From: Octopus vulgaris
Lineage: Eukaryota
Reading direction: 5' to 3'
Assembly (NCBI GenBank): GCA_951406725.2
Contig: OX597827.1
Coordinates: forward strand, 71,982,001-72,046,000
Length of the DNA stretch: 64,000 nucleotides
Part shown: positions 62,278 to 64,000 of the stretch, piece after piece
Position numbering within the stretch: position 1 is the stretch's first letter
How the letters are laid out: each line of letters starts with the position of its first letter
Made by a program: the position numbers and the translations under genes
Notes under the pieces: model-generated
What the model saw: the letters and a program-made list of their open reading frames with translations, nothing else
Databases searched by the model: none
Told to the model about the DNA's origin: nothing

Positions 62278-63439
62278 CGATGAGCTTTTTTCAGAAGTTG
62301 TCTATCAAATCCACTCGCATGGCTTTGGTCAGCCCGTGGCTATAGTTCAAGATACTTGCCCAAAGTGCCATGCAGTGGGAATGAACCCAGAACCATGTGG
62401 TTTGGAAGCAAGCTTCTTACCACACAGCCATACCTGTATATATAATCAATTATTTTATATACATATATAAACTTAGATGAGTTATTTGTATGAATATATT
62501 AATAACTGACTGTACATTCTTACTTTTGCAACCGTCTCATCACTCACCCTTATTTTTCTCCCCATCTTGTCATGTACCAGTCACTGCCCTCCAGCCTGCT
62601 ACCCAAATAATATTCATCATACCCATGCTACATTCACCCTTTAGCATTTAAACCGGCCATATCCGGCCAAAAATATTCTACCCGTTTTATGTTCAAACTG
62701 GCCAGAACTGGTCTCTCACACCAACCCTACAATATTGTTTTAAAAATTAACAGCTACCTCATCAGAATCTCATAGCTACAAGGTAATGCATGATTAATTC
62801 AAAACAATGTAGATGAAGAAGCGTTAATTTTGGCAGAATAATGCGAACACTAAAGGATTCATCCACCCGTTTCTGTCTTTCATCGTTTTAGGTTCCAATT
62901 CCTTTCTTCTGCCTCGTAAGACAAATGCACGTGTCTTAGGATATTAAGCACTCCACACTTCTCCCCGACCGGTTTTTGGATTTTCTCCTGTCATCGTTTT
63001 CTTCCCAATTTCCTTCTACAGTCTACATTTCTTAAGCTGAGTACTTTCTATATATTTTCTGTGTACAAAGCGACTCCTCCTGTGCTGGTGCCATGGTGGA
63101 GTCGTATCCCAGCCCTCTCTACTCTCTAAGAGTGGTTGGTAAGCAAGACAATATCTCTAAATCTGGTGCAACCAAAAAAACAAAAAAATACATCCAGCAC
63201 AATTTGTAAAGTGGTCGGTGGTAGGTAGAGCATCCAGCCGTAGAAACCAGACTAAATGACAACTAAAGACAGTCCATAGAAAGCAGCGGCTTACAATATA
63301 GTAAGACTCGGAACATAACAATCTGTCTAACCCATGCCCACACTGAAATCAGGCGTAAAATGATGATTCCATCAAATACTTGTGAGTAGATATACGTGTA
63401 TGCACGAATGTATATATATGAGTGTATATATATAGACAC

Positions 63440-64000
63440 ACACACACACACACACACAGAGTCAATTATATACATATATATTTATATTTATATATATACA
63501 CACACACAGTCAATTATATACATATATATCTATATATATATAAATACATACACACATACAGAGTCAATTATATACATATATATCTATATATATATAAATA
63601 CATACACACATACAGAGTCAATTATATACATATATATCTATATATATATAAATACATACACACATACAGAGTCAATTATATACATATATATCTATATATA
63701 TATAAAAATACATACACACACACAGAGTCAATTATATACATATATATCTATATATATATAAATACATACACACACAGAGTCAGTTATATACATATATATC
63801 TATATATATATAAATACATACACACACACAGAGTCAATTATATACATATATATCTATATATATATAAATACATACACACACACACAGAGTCAATTATATA
63901 CATATATATCTATATATATATAAATACTTACACACACACACAGAGTCAATTATATACATATATATCTATATATATATAAATACATACACACACACAGAGT
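63440..64000. repeat. Minisatellite, about 54-56-bp unit, about 11 copies, running off the window end
   Basis: cagagtcaattatatacatatatatctatatatatataaatacatacacaca repeated. Confidence 0.95.

Noticed and set aside
56616-63979. Many Y/I/H/T/C/V-rich ORFs up to 233 aa
   Set aside because: Translations of (TA)n/(CA)n microsatellites and the 54-bp minisatellite.

Overview
AT-rich, microsatellite- and transposon-dense animal DNA, most likely an octopus (inferred from the SINE/MITE families). The window holds one protein-coding gene, on the minus strand: canonical nuclear poly(A) polymerase (PAPOLA/PAPOLG-like). I reconstructed it by hand as 24 coding exons from 39526 down to the stop at 812. All junctions are in frame (2577 nt, 858 aa from the ATG at 39525 if every exon is used); every intron is GT-AG except one GC-AG. 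The most unusual feature is an array of six paralogous, phase-0, 99/102-nt exons in the C-terminal tail, each encoding a copy of a basic NLS-like plus S/T-P (CDK-site) module, with long inverted repeats in the introns between them. Other notable items are Penelope-type minimal hammerhead-ribozyme motifs (one carried by a tRNA-headed element present as an inverted dimer), a 5.8S rRNA-SINE chimeric retro-insertion with a 17-bp target-site duplication, a 217-bp-arm near-perfect palindrome, a 65-bp minisatellite expanded from a SINE subrepeat, and a tRNA-Leu(AAG) pseudogene. From 39.6 to 64 kb I recognise only repeats; the gene's first exon and promoter were not found. Almost all long ORFs in the supplied track are repeat artefacts. 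Family names come from motif recognition, not database searches.
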